Of a stretch of 64,000 nt of DNA, positions 10,168 through 19,085 are shown in pieces (the stretch's first letter is position 1; every line of letters starts with the position of its first letter). Origin of the DNA: Deltaproteobacteria bacterium (GTDB taxonomy: Bacteria > Desulfobacterota > Binatia > UTPRO1); assembly GCA_029262315.1 (NCBI GenBank), contig JAJCZP010000108.1, positions 21,449 to 85,448 of the forward strand, given 5' to 3'. The notes beneath the pieces were generated by a model. That model saw only the letters and a list, made by a program, of their open reading frames with translations, did not search any database and was not told the DNA's origin. Both the position numbers and the translations under genes were made by a program.

Positions 10168-11189
10168 GGGTGCCGTCCCCCGCGGAGGAGCTCCTCGATC
10201 CCGAGCGGACTGAAGTTCTCGTTCGTGTTCGAGCCGTGCACCTCGAAGTGGCAGTCGAAACATCGGGCGCCTGCGGACAAGAAGCCGGTGTGATCGACAG
10301 CGCCGATCAGCGGGAAGTTCGCATCGAAATGGCACTGCTCGCACAGGCCGTTGTCGGCCTGGACCAGGAGCTTCTCGACGACCGAGCCGTGCGGATTGTG
10401 ACAGACCACGCACCCCTCCTCGAGCGCGAAATGCTCGAAGAGGAAGGGCCCGCGGACCTCCTGATGACACTCGAAGCAACGGGCATCATCACCCTCGAGC
10501 TGCCCCCAGCGCGCGGAGGCATGGATGTCGTGGCAATCCGTGCAGCGCATCGTCCCTTCGGCGACGGGATGGTGGTACTGCAAGGCGAAATCGGCGGCGA
10601 CCTCTCCGTGGCACTGCACGCAGAACTCCATCTCGCGTGGGCCCTCCCCCACCGTCACGTGCGGGTCCGCATCGCGATGCGCTGACATCGCCCGCCAGCT
10701 GTACTCGACCACGGGCACGAGTTCCGTCGCCGGGGGACGGGTGTGGAGGGCATCGGCGTGGCAGTCCCAGCACGAGACGCCGGCATCGCCGTGCGCACTG
10801 GCTTCGAACGACCCGGCCTGCCCGCGGTGACAGTCGAGACAGAGTGTCGAGCGCTGCATCGGATCGAGTCCTCGCAAGACGTCGTTCCCAAGAATGTCGG
10901 CGATCTCGAGCGTGTCGACGTGGCGACTTCCCGCCCCGTGACAGACTTCGCAGGAGTGCTCGCGCGTCTGCATGACATGGGCGTGCGGGGTGCCAGCGTA
11001 GGCCTCGAGCGTTTCCTCGTGACACTCGAGGCACGCCGCCGTCCCGGCCATGGTTGCGTTCTCGATGACGGGGATCGGCTGCGGCGCGTCGTCTCGCAGC
11101 AACGGGCACGCGCACAAGGTCGCGAGGCCGAACGCCACACCGACACGTCGGAGACGCCTCCCCATGACCAGCTGGATCAGCTGCCGCAT
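10164..11189 (-). CDS. decaheme c-type cytochrome, MtrA/DmsE family
   Basis: 10 CXXCH (CLECH, CEVCH, CLDCH, CWDCH, CVQCH, CTDCH, CFECH, CVVCH, CEQCH, CFDCH), HHPV.EG.M.C, GPFLFEH, terminal HGSN. Confidence 0.9.
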   Translation of the reverse strand: MRQLIQLVMGRRLRRVGVAFGLATLCACPLLRDDAPQPIPVIENATMAGTAACLECHEETLEAYAGTPHAHVMQTREHSCEVCHGAGSRHVDTLEIADILGNDVLRGLDPMQRSTLCLDCHRGQAGSFEASAHGDAGVSCWDCHADALHTRPPATELVPVVEYSWRAMSAHRDADPHVTVGEGPREMEFCVQCHGEVAADFALQYHHPVAEGTMRCTDCHDIHASARWGQLEGDDARCFECHQEVRGPFLFEHFALEEGCVVCHNPHGSVVEKLLVQADNGLCEQCHFDANFPLIGAVDHTGFLSAGARCFDCHFEVHGSNTNENFSPLGIEELLRGGRHP

Positions 11190-11204
11190 CCGCGCCCGTC
11201 GATC

Positions 11205-12491
11205 CTACAACTCGCTCAACTTCTCCAACGACGCCTCGAGCAGCCGACGCATCCGACTCGGGTTGTGCACGCCGTGACTCTTGTCATTCTCGAAGGTCTC
11301 GAGATTGAAGAGTGCGCCCTGGTACTCTTCGCTACCCCGTTTCGCTTCCGGCACGGCGTCGAGCGCGGTACCTAGTTCGGCCGCCAGCGGATCGATCTCC
11401 GCTCGAAAGGCCGTGAAGATCGTCGCAGTATCGGCGTGACAGTCCGCGCAGTTCGAGAAGTCGCGCTCCTCCGTCGCCTCGTCGATCACCGGAATCGGCT
11501 CGAAGGTGTGTCCGACCTGGGCCGGAATCGGGAACTCGCCTCCCTGAAACGGACGCGTCACGACGTGGCAGGTGACGCAGATATCGGGATTCAGCGTCAG
11601 GTCGCCGTGCGTCGAGGCGCCGGGGAATACCTCGCCCGGGAACTCGAAGCCGGCCTCGCCCAGCAGCACATCACGCTGGGGATGGTGTGGCGTCTCGCCG
11701 ATCATCGTCGGGCCCTGATTGTGGCACTGCCCGCACACGATGGGCTCGTCGCCGACGACGCGTACCTGGTGCTCGTTGCCGTTCCCGTGTGGGTCGTGAC
11801 AGGCGACGCAGTTGATCGGTTCGGGATTGGTGGTGATGATCTGCTCGTCGCCGTCAGTCTCGACGAATCGAATGAACGACTGCGTCACGTGGCAGTACGC
11901 ACACGCGGGGTCGCCGGCGACGTTCAAGCCGAACGCCTGGCCCGAAAGATGGGACTCGGAATGTGCCGACTCCATCCATTCTTCCACAAACGGATGATGC
12001 GCGGCTTGGTGACACTCGCCGCAGCCATCGTTGAGCGACACGGTAATGCTGGCGTCGGGATGATCCTTCACATCGGCGACATGCATCGCCCCCGGGCCAT
12101 GACAGTTCTCGCACTGCACGTTGTGGAGCTCGGCAACGGGAGTTCCGACGAAGCCCGCCATCGGGTCCATGAGTGTGTTCCCGTTCTCGCTGATGTTGTG
12201 ACACGGGGCGCAGGAAAGCTCGGAACTCTCGCGGCCGATCGCGGCCAGCGTGTCGAAAGCTACGGCGTGCCCGGTCAGCGCCCAGCGCCCCTGCTCGTTC
12301 GCATGACACTCCCCGCACTGGGTGACGTTTTGGCTGACGTTCACCAACCCGAGGAAGCCGTCCGGGAACGGACCCGTCTCGGGGCTGCCGTCGCCACTAC
12401 CACCCCCACACTGCCACATCGCCGACGTCATCGTTGCAACGCAGGCAACCACCAACACGCGTCGCCACCACCCAGTCGCTTGCTCGCTCAT
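11205..12491 (-). CDS. nonaheme c-type cytochrome, probable lipoprotein (c554-like N-terminus, GVHNP C-terminus)
   Basis: 9 CXXCH (CGECH, CAPCH, CENCH, CGECH, CAYCH, CVACH, CGQCH, CVTCH, CADCH), signal ending AMWQC-GGGSG, GGAGG SD. Confidence 0.87.
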   Translation of the reverse strand: MSEQATGWWRRVLVVACVATMTSAMWQCGGGSGDGSPETGPFPDGFLGLVNVSQNVTQCGECHANEQGRWALTGHAVAFDTLAAIGRESSELSCAPCHNISENGNTLMDPMAGFVGTPVAELHNVQCENCHGPGAMHVADVKDHPDASITVSLNDGCGECHQAAHHPFVEEWMESAHSESHLSGQAFGLNVAGDPACAYCHVTQSFIRFVETDGDEQIITTNPEPINCVACHDPHGNGNEHQVRVVGDEPIVCGQCHNQGPTMIGETPHHPQRDVLLGEAGFEFPGEVFPGASTHGDLTLNPDICVTCHVVTRPFQGGEFPIPAQVGHTFEPIPVIDEATEERDFSNCADCHADTATIFTAFRAEIDPLAAELGTALDAVPEAKRGSEEYQGALFNLETFENDKSHGVHNPSRMRRLLEASLEKLSEL

Positions 12492-12634
12492 CGTGCGCGT
12501 CCTCCACCTTGCATCCTGAGGGATGTTGCTGCCGACGCATCAGCGTCACTGGCAGTATTCTCTCACATAGATTGTGACACGGCTCGAGTGCAAGAAGAAC
12601 CTGCTCTGAAAAACGAAGTTCTTACTCTTTGGAA

Positions 12635-12650
12635 TTCTCGATCATGGGAA
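12635..12650. promoter_or_regulatory. palindromic operator TTCTCG-N4-TGGGAA
   Basis: Recurring motif, in the AT-richer gap upstream of the nonaheme-decaheme-porin genes. Confidence 0.55.
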
Positions 12651-12665
12651 TTCCGCGCGTCTCCG

Positions 12666-12860
12666 CTACGCTCGCGTGGCAACGGCGTACAGGTAGAGGG
12701 CGATTCCCGCACCCGCGAGCAACGCACCCGCGCCGCCGAACACGATGAACGACAAGGCACCATTCCAGTACAGCGAACCGAGCTCCACGATGAGACCCGC
12801 TCCAACGAGAGTAGCCGCTCCGCGCACACGCCCTGCCAGCATGCGCAACGTCGGACTCAC
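12666..12860 (-). CDS. small two-TM membrane protein coupled to NapC/NirT gene
   Basis: GTGA overlap with the NapC stop; two hydrophobic helices. Confidence 0.7.
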   Translation of the reverse strand: MSPTLRMLAGRVRGAATLVGAGLIVELGSLYWNGALSFIVFGGAGALLAGAGIALYLYAVATRA

Positions 12861-13450
12861 GCTCCTGCTCCATCCGAACTCGCCTCGCCGAGCAGGTGCC
12901 CGACGTCGTGGCAGTCGAGGCAGGACGTCTCATTGGCGGTCAACGCCTCGCGCTCATCGACATGCATGTCGTTCTCCTCGAACGACTTGGCCCCGGTATG
13001 ACAATGGAGACACTCCCGATTGTTGTACGGCCGGTAGAGTTCCAGCTCGTCCGGAATGGTACCGAGATAGTTCACGTACAGATGTAGGAGCCCGCCGAGC
13101 TTCGCCTGGAAATCGCCGAACATGGCGTATGTCGTATGGCACGAGTAGCAGGCCTCATCCGCGTCGATGCGGCGATTCTGGAAATGCTGGGCTGGGAGCG
13201 AGTCGGCATCGTCGACATGCAAACTCTCGCCGTACGGCGTCATCACGTGGCAGGACAGACAGAAGCTGGTCGTCTTCGACTCCTCCAAATGCAGCGAAAA
13301 GCCCCGCGAAAGGGCGATTCCGGGCAGGAGGAACAGGGCGACGAACGCCACTACGCGGCCCGCGACCCTGCCCAGATGGCTCGGCCGCGCAAGCACGAAC
13401 GCAATGAGTCCGAGGTTGAGCAGAATCAGCGCTGTGAGCGTATACTTCAC
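12857..13450 (-). CDS. NapC/NirT (CymA/NrfH-like) membrane tetraheme quinol dehydrogenase
   Basis: N-terminal TM helices, FCLSCHVM (CXXCHXM), CYSCH, CLHCH, CLDCH. Confidence 0.88.
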   Translation of the reverse strand: MKYTLTALILLNLGLIAFVLARPSHLGRVAGRVVAFVALFLLPGIALSRGFSLHLEESKTTSFCLSCHVMTPYGESLHVDDADSLPAQHFQNRRIDADEACYSCHTTYAMFGDFQAKLGGLLHLYVNYLGTIPDELELYRPYNNRECLHCHTGAKSFEENDMHVDEREALTANETSCLDCHDVGHLLGEASSDGAGA

Positions 13451-13469
13451 GGGTCGACCGCCTTCGCCG

Positions 13470-13796
13470 TCAGTTTCCCTTCAATCCGGCAACCCACTCG
13501 GCGATCGCCCCGAGCTCCTCGTCGCTGCCCTTGAAGCTCCCCTTGTGCTTCTTGCCATCGAGCAGCTCCTGCTTGGTCACGAGCCGAACGATCCAAGCGG
13601 CATCATGCTTCGGACTCGCCTCTGCGAGATCGGGTCCCCGCATCTTCTCGGATTTGGCCGTCGCTGTGATACCGTGCGTCGACACGGCATGACATTTGTC
13701 GCAGCCGTACGACACGAAGAGCGCCTGGCCGTCGGCAGCACGAGCGTACCCCGACGACAGGACGATGAAGAGCATGCTTGCAGCGAGGCGTCTCAT
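13470..13796 (-). CDS. monoheme cytochrome c
   Basis: Signal peptide, GQALF..YGCDKCH, GPDL. Confidence 0.85.
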   Translation of the reverse strand: MRRLAASMLFIVLSSGYARAADGQALFVSYGCDKCHAVSTHGITATAKSEKMRGPDLAEASPKHDAAWIVRLVTKQELLDGKKHKGSFKGSDEELGAIAEWVAGLKGN

Positions 13797-13879
13797 CCAT
13801 TGCTCCTTTGCCTGTCGTGCGACCCGATGTCGCCTTCGCCCAGATAGCGAGTCGTGACCATGCAGGCAACCGGCGCAGC

Positions 13880-14905
13880 TCAGCCCGCGCGATCACGGAC
13901 GACGTAGAAGAGGCAATCCTGGACCGCGATGCGAATATCGGTCGTCATCATGATTGGTACGAGCGCGGCGCGGGTCCTCAAACGATCATCGACGATCTCG
14001 AACAGATCGGAGGCGCGATCGTCGCCAGCAGCACCGCGCGCCTCGATTGGTAGCTGGATTGATGGTCGTACCCACCCGAGCACCGTTCCGGCCTCGAGGA
14101 GGGAGAAATTGTGCTGGTCGACACCTGACGTGAGCGTGAGGTCGGCATCGACAGCCGGCGCCTCGGCAAACGCGAGGCGCACGCCCGGTCGCACACCGAC
14201 GCGCATTGGCTCCTCGAACACCTGAAACCCCGAGGGAACCGCATCGAGCGGTAGCCGGACGGCCTCGACGAACCGCGTGAGTCCCGCGAGCGCAATCGCG
14301 TCCGACGCAGGATCACCGGCGCGTCCGCATTCAATGGTCACCGCAGGGAGTTCATCGGCCAAGACCTCGGTCAGGGCGCCAAGGGTCAGATCGCTCAGGA
14401 CCACGCGTTCAGCGAAGAGGGTGACGAGGCCCAACTCGGGGGCGCCAGCGCGCATCGCGACGCCATACGCTGGATTGTGCCCGGTGTTGTTGTGCAGATC
14501 GACCAGCGCCTCCGGGCGTGAACTCCGCACCATGCGGACGATGGCTTCGGCGAGGACGCCCCCGGTACCGACGAATGGCGGACGGAAGCAGCGGTTCAGG
14601 TCGCGCTCTTCTGGCAGCATGCGGTGCGAGAACGCGGGCGGCCGCCGCGCGGCGGCGACAGCTGCAACCACGCAGAGAACATCCACGGCGGGTGTGGGGC
14701 CAGAGCGGAGCCACGAGTGCAGGGCACGCAGACCCGACGGCTCGTTGCCGTGTAGCAGCGTTACGAGCGCGCGCGTGCGTGTTCTGTCACGGCCCGGAAT
14801 CCTGAACACTGTCGGGCCGTCGAGCATGGCGAGAAAGTCCTCGGCGGACGCTCCGACGTCCTCGCGCCTCGGGGCGTCCCTGTATCGAAGCGGCCCCCCA
14901 CTCAC
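13880..14905 (-). CDS. succinylglutamate desuccinylase/aspartoacylase (M14) family hydrolase
   Basis: LHGNEPSG, DLNR, DLHN, IECG. GTGA overlap with the ligase gene. Confidence 0.85.
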   Translation of the reverse strand: MSGGPLRYRDAPRREDVGASAEDFLAMLDGPTVFRIPGRDRTRTRALVTLLHGNEPSGLRALHSWLRSGPTPAVDVLCVVAAVAAARRPPAFSHRMLPEERDLNRCFRPPFVGTGGVLAEAIVRMVRSSRPEALVDLHNNTGHNPAYGVAMRAGAPELGLVTLFAERVVLSDLTLGALTEVLADELPAVTIECGRAGDPASDAIALAGLTRFVEAVRLPLDAVPSGFQVFEEPMRVGVRPGVRLAFAEAPAVDADLTLTSGVDQHNFSLLEAGTVLGWVRPSIQLPIEARGAAGDDRASDLFEIVDDRLRTRAALVPIMMTTDIRIAVQDCLFYVVRDRAG

Positions 14906-16398
14906 GTCGTATACTTTCCGGGCTCCCATAGATGGACGGGGACGTTCGAGGCCGCGTTCTGTCGGTACCGTGCAAGCATCGCTCTCGTCGCCTCGCGCCG
15001 ACTGGTCCCCGCCTCGAGCGCTGCCAGCGCGCGTTGCTGCCAGCGCGCACCGGTGACGCCCGCAGCGACGCGGCGGGCGATCGTATCGAGCAAGCCATCG
15101 GCTTCGTCGGCATCCACGCCGGCGGCGACGAGTCCGCGTCGTGCAACCGGCAACAGCTCCTCCACGACCGCGATGGCAGTCCGGGGGTGCGGTGAGTCCC
15201 CGGCCGCGGACGGCCAGAGCAGCTCCGCATCGAGGCCGTGGCGTGCGGCCGCGTAGAAGTTCCGCCGCGCGTGGCCGAAGGTCATGCCGCGTAGCCAGCG
15301 CTCGATGTCGGGCGCCATCCCGAGAGTCGCGCCGAGCAGAAACGCGGCGTTCGCCGTCATGTCAGCAACGGTCGGTCCGGCGGGCAACGCACGCAACTCG
15401 ATCCGGAGGTGGCCGCCGGCGGCGGCGTCGTAGACCGCGCGGTTCCAGTGCCACACCGTGCCATGGTGGAGGCGCAGCTCGTCCAGCGTTGGAATCTCGC
15501 CCCGACGGACGCAGGCCTCGGGATCCTCGGGGCCGATCGCCGGTAGGACCGGGGCATGAAACGCGACGCTCTCGGCGAACAGCTCGAGCGCACCCGCACG
15601 CACCCAGCCGTGTCCGAACGAGACACGCGCCGGCCGCCAATCGTCGTCTGTGGGCCCACGGCGATCGTCCACCGACTGGCGAAAAAGTGCGATGCGCGTC
15701 TCTTCCCACAGCCGTTGCCCCAGAAAGATCGGCGAGTTCGTCGCAACGGCCAAGGCCGGCGCGGTCGCGATCTGTGCCGCATTGAAGGTTGCCGCAAACT
15801 GCGCTGGTGCCACCCGCAAATGGAGCTGCAGCGAGGTGTTCGCCCCCTGCAGCGTGACGTCATCGTAGGCCACCGCCAATCGATCGAGACCCTCGATATG
15901 GACATCGAACGGCGCACGACGGAGCGCGCGCAGGCCCGCCGACAACGCACGGAAGCGCCGTGAATCGGTGAGCGCCGCCGACGTCAGGTCGCTCGCCGCC
16001 AACGTCGGGACGATCCCGATGGTGACGACACGGCCCCCATGGTCGGCCGCTGCGCGGCCGATGGCATTGATCCCACGAGTCAGTTCCTCGCCAAGGGCCG
16101 TGAACGGCTTGCCAGCAAGCGCCACCGGCTGCGTATTGATCTCGAGATTGAAACGGTCGACCTCGAGCGTCACGTTCGGATCGAGCGTCGCGGCGAGGAC
16201 CGTCCGATTGATGGGCAGTGGAGCACCCGCCTCATCCACCAGCGAGACCTCGAGCTCGGCGCCGATGGACGCCGGGCCGACTCCGAAGTCCGACCGGCGG
16301 AGTAGTGCCTCCAGGGCGCTCAACCCCTGCGCGAGCTTCGCTTGGAAGCGCGAGCGGTCGCTGGCGTCGAAGTGCTCGCGATCGATGTCGAGTCCCAT
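14902..16398 (-). CDS. glutamate--cysteine ligase (GCS2)-like carboxylate-amine ligase
   Basis: IGAELE, E.DRFNLEIN, SLQLHL, NSPIF.G.RLW.ETRI, WNR..YD, LRIELRALPAGPT. Confidence 0.85.
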   Translation of the reverse strand: MGLDIDREHFDASDRSRFQAKLAQGLSALEALLRRSDFGVGPASIGAELEVSLVDEAGAPLPINRTVLAATLDPNVTLEVDRFNLEINTQPVALAGKPFTALGEELTRGINAIGRAAADHGGRVVTIGIVPTLAASDLTSAALTDSRRFRALSAGLRALRRAPFDVHIEGLDRLAVAYDDVTLQGANTSLQLHLRVAPAQFAATFNAAQIATAPALAVATNSPIFLGQRLWEETRIALFRQSVDDRRGPTDDDWRPARVSFGHGWVRAGALELFAESVAFHAPVLPAIGPEDPEACVRRGEIPTLDELRLHHGTVWHWNRAVYDAAAGGHLRIELRALPAGPTVADMTANAAFLLGATLGMAPDIERWLRGMTFGHARRNFYAAARHGLDAELLWPSAAGDSPHPRTAIAVVEELLPVARRGLVAAGVDADEADGLLDTIARRVAAGVTGARWQQRALAALEAGTSRREATRAMLARYRQNAASNVPVHLWEPGKYTT

Positions 16399-16443
16399 AA
16401 GGCCGCTTCAACCTCAGCATGCGCCGTCGTGGCCCGCAAGCGG

Positions 16444-16490
16444 CTCTCAGCCCTGGGAACGGCACTCGAAGGCTTTCTCACCCGTGAGAA
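16444..16490. promoter_or_regulatory. tandem palindromic operators CTCTCA-N4-TGGGAA (16444-16459) and TTCTCA-N4-TGAGAA (16475-16490)
   Basis: The second copy is a perfect inverted repeat. Both lie in the divergent gap. Confidence 0.7.
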
Positions 16491-16519
16491 CCGACGGCCT
16501 GATTGTGAGCACGGAGGCC

Positions 16520-16535
16520 CGGCGCGGCTCTTGCT
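16520..16535 (+). promoter_or_regulatory. sigma-54 promoter (CGGCGCG-GCTC-TTGCT)
   Basis: GG-N10-GC with TTGC, just upstream of the CBS ATG at 16548. Confidence 0.7.
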
Positions 16536-16547
16536 CTGCCTGAAGGT

Positions 16548-16970
16548 ATGAATGCCAAGATCGACGATGTCATGATCGCGAACGCGATCGTCGCCACACC
16601 CGACGTCACCGTTGGAGAGATCCGCCGGCGAATGTTGGGCGAAGAGATTCACGCGCTCCCGGTCGTCAGTCCAGAGGGCGAGCCCATCGGCATCGTTACC
16701 TCCACCGACCTCGTCGCGGAGCCACCCGCCGATACGCCCGTTGCGCACATCATGAGCACGGGCGTGTTCACCGTGCCGCGCTACGCCGACGTGCACATCG
16801 CGGCCCGCATCATGCGGAACCACGGGTTGCACCATGTTGTCGTAACGCACGAGAAGCAGGTCGTCGGCATCGTGAGTTCGTTCGATCTCATCAAACTCGT
16901 CGAGGATCACCGCTTCGTCATGAAGAACGGGCCGACCGAGCCTCGTCGCCGTTCGCCGCAGCGATCCTAG
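16548..16970 (+). CDS. CBS-domain pair protein
   Basis: IHALPVV..GEPIGIVTSTD, HHVVV..VVGIVSSFD. Confidence 0.92.
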   Translation: MNAKIDDVMIANAIVATPDVTVGEIRRRMLGEEIHALPVVSPEGEPIGIVTSTDLVAEPPADTPVAHIMSTGVFTVPRYADVHIAARIMRNHGLHHVVVTHEKQVVGIVSSFDLIKLVEDHRFVMKNGPTEPRRRSPQRS

Positions 16971-16976
16971 ACGCGC

Positions 16977-19085
16977 GTGATTCCTACGGTCGAGGACCTG
17001 ACGAGTGCGCCGCTGACGCACCGGTTCGGGGACCTCTTCAATCCACCCGCGCTCACCAATTTTCGCGGCAGCGTGCAGGCTGCGATCGACATCACCGCCA
17101 TCCGGTGTCTGAACTTCCCGCCGTTCGCCACTTCCGACACGTTTCCACCCGTGACGTGGTCCGATTCGGTGACGGGCGCGCTCTTCGTCGACGGTCGGTA
17201 CTTCGCGTCCACCGGCCAGCCGGTCACTTTCGTCTGGCGTCCGGACCGCATCGTGCGCCGATCCACGTACGACGGCCTCCGGCTACGCTCCGACACGGTG
17301 CTTCCCATGGGGAGGACCGCGGCGATCGTTCGCTTACGGGTGAGAAACGTTAGCGGCGCGTCACGCCGCGTGCATCTGCGGTTCGGGTTCAAGGCGACGA
17401 TCACGATGAACACGTCGGACTGGGACCGCCCGATCGCACCCGCCGAGTTCGACAACGAGGTGAGTGCCGATGCGACGCGCAAGGCACTGCTGTTCGAGGC
17501 GCGCCATAGCACGGCGGTCAGTCTCCAAGGATGCGTGCCACTGGCGGACGCGGTGCGGGCGCACGGCGTCGAGGTCTCCCGCACCCTGCGATCGGGCGCC
17601 GTCTGGGAGCTGTACTACCTGAACGTCATCGCCGAAGACGGCGACGAGGCGCGTGCGACCTACGACGCACTGGCACAGGCGCCAGAGCACGCCTTCGCGC
17701 GCGCACGCGACGACTGGAATGCCGAACTCGCGGCGGCGTTCACGCCGGGCAACGATCGCTACTCTGGCGCCCTGCCTCGCCTCGAGACCGCCGACGAGGA
17801 CCTGCAGCACCTCTACCATCAAGGCATGCTCGGGGTCGTCTACTTCAAGCGTGAGACCCCGCGCGCCGTGACGTCACGTACGTATACGACGCTGATGCCG
17901 CGCTACTGGCAAACAATCAGCTGGCTCTGGGACCATCAGCTCTCGTCCATCGCCCACGTCATGCTCGACCCGTCCGTGACACGAGCAATGTGCGAGCAGT
18001 GGATGGCGCTCGACATCCACCAGATCATGGGAACCAACTGGATGACGGGACAGGGGCTCGGCTCGGCTTACGCGATCAACGACTACGCGATCATCAAGAT
18101 CGCCCACGACTACGTGCGATGGTCTGGCGACGAGGGCTGGCTCGGCCGCGACGTAACGACGGCCGCCGGCACCTCGCACGCCATCATCGACCGGTTGCAG
18201 AGCTACGCTGAGCACTGGCAGACACTCCGCACTCCTGCCGGGCTCGCCGACTACGGTGGTTTGAGCAACCTGCTCGAGTGCGTGGCCGCCTACACCCACG
18301 AGGTGGCGGGTCTGAACGCCGCAAACGTGTACGGACTCCGGGCCGTGGCGGCCATGCTCGCCGCGACGGGTCGCTCCGCCGACGCGCGTCGACTCGTGGA
18401 CGAGGCCGAGCGACTCCTCCCGCGAATCCAGACCCTGTACCGGGAGGGTGAGGGATTCTGGTGCGCACGCCACCGCGACGGCCGCCTCGAGCCGGTGCGA
18501 CACTGCTTCGATTTCCACACGATCCTGAACACCATCGGCGGTGATCTCAGCGCCCGCCAGCGAGACGAGATGGTCCGCTTCTTCCGCGAAGACCTGCAAA
18601 CCCCCACCTGGATGCACGCGCTCTCCCCGCGCGATGCCGACGCCATCTTCGACATCCGGCCTGACCATCAGTGGACCGGTGCCTACGTCGCATGGCCCGC
18701 CGAGGCGGCCACGGCACTGTTGGGCGCAGGCGAGGTCACCCTCGCACGAGACTGGATCCGTGGCCTCGCTCGTACTGCGCGACAGGGCCCGTTCGGCCAG
18801 GCGCACTTCGTCGAGGCCGCTGTCGCCCCTGAGGCGGACGGGGCTCGCAAGGCTCCATCCGAGTTCCCGTTTCTCACTGATTGGGCATGCGTCGCGGGAG
18901 GCTCCTGGGTACGTCTCATCGTCGAGGGCATCTTCGGCGTCGACGCCAGCCTGCGTGAGGGGCTCTCGGCACAGCCACGCATCAAAGCCTTCGATCCCGC
19001 GGCCCGCCTGCGAAACGTCCCCTATCAGGGGCGGCTCTACACGATCGATGCCTCGGGCGTGCACGCACAGGAGCGCGCCGTGTGA
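16977..19085 (+). CDS. six-hairpin (alpha/alpha)6 glycosidase-like protein
   Basis: 702 aa: beta-rich N-terminus then a helical catalytic-like region (WLWD, NLLEC, NAANV, FW, HQW.GAY.AWP). Operon with ROK kinase and PMI. Family not resolved. Confidence 0.6.
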   Translation: MIPTVEDLTSAPLTHRFGDLFNPPALTNFRGSVQAAIDITAIRCLNFPPFATSDTFPPVTWSDSVTGALFVDGRYFASTGQPVTFVWRPDRIVRRSTYDGLRLRSDTVLPMGRTAAIVRLRVRNVSGASRRVHLRFGFKATITMNTSDWDRPIAPAEFDNEVSADATRKALLFEARHSTAVSLQGCVPLADAVRAHGVEVSRTLRSGAVWELYYLNVIAEDGDEARATYDALAQAPEHAFARARDDWNAELAAAFTPGNDRYSGALPRLETADEDLQHLYHQGMLGVVYFKRETPRAVTSRTYTTLMPRYWQTISWLWDHQLSSIAHVMLDPSVTRAMCEQWMALDIHQIMGTNWMTGQGLGSAYAINDYAIIKIAHDYVRWSGDEGWLGRDVTTAAGTSHAIIDRLQSYAEHWQTLRTPAGLADYGGLSNLLECVAAYTHEVAGLNAANVYGLRAVAAMLAATGRSADARRLVDEAERLLPRIQTLYREGEGFWCARHRDGRLEPVRHCFDFHTILNTIGGDLSARQRDEMVRFFREDLQTPTWMHALSPRDADAIFDIRPDHQWTGAYVAWPAEAATALLGAGEVTLARDWIRGLARTARQGPFGQAHFVEAAVAPEADGARKAPSEFPFLTDWACVAGGSWVRLIVEGIFGVDASLREGLSAQPRIKAFDPAARLRNVPYQGRLYTIDASGVHAQERAV

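Noticed and set aside
11205-12491. NrfA or octaheme nitrite reductase call for the nonaheme (NrfH-like gene nearby, GVHNP tail)
   Set aside because: There is no CXXCK catalytic motif; all nine motifs are CXXCH.
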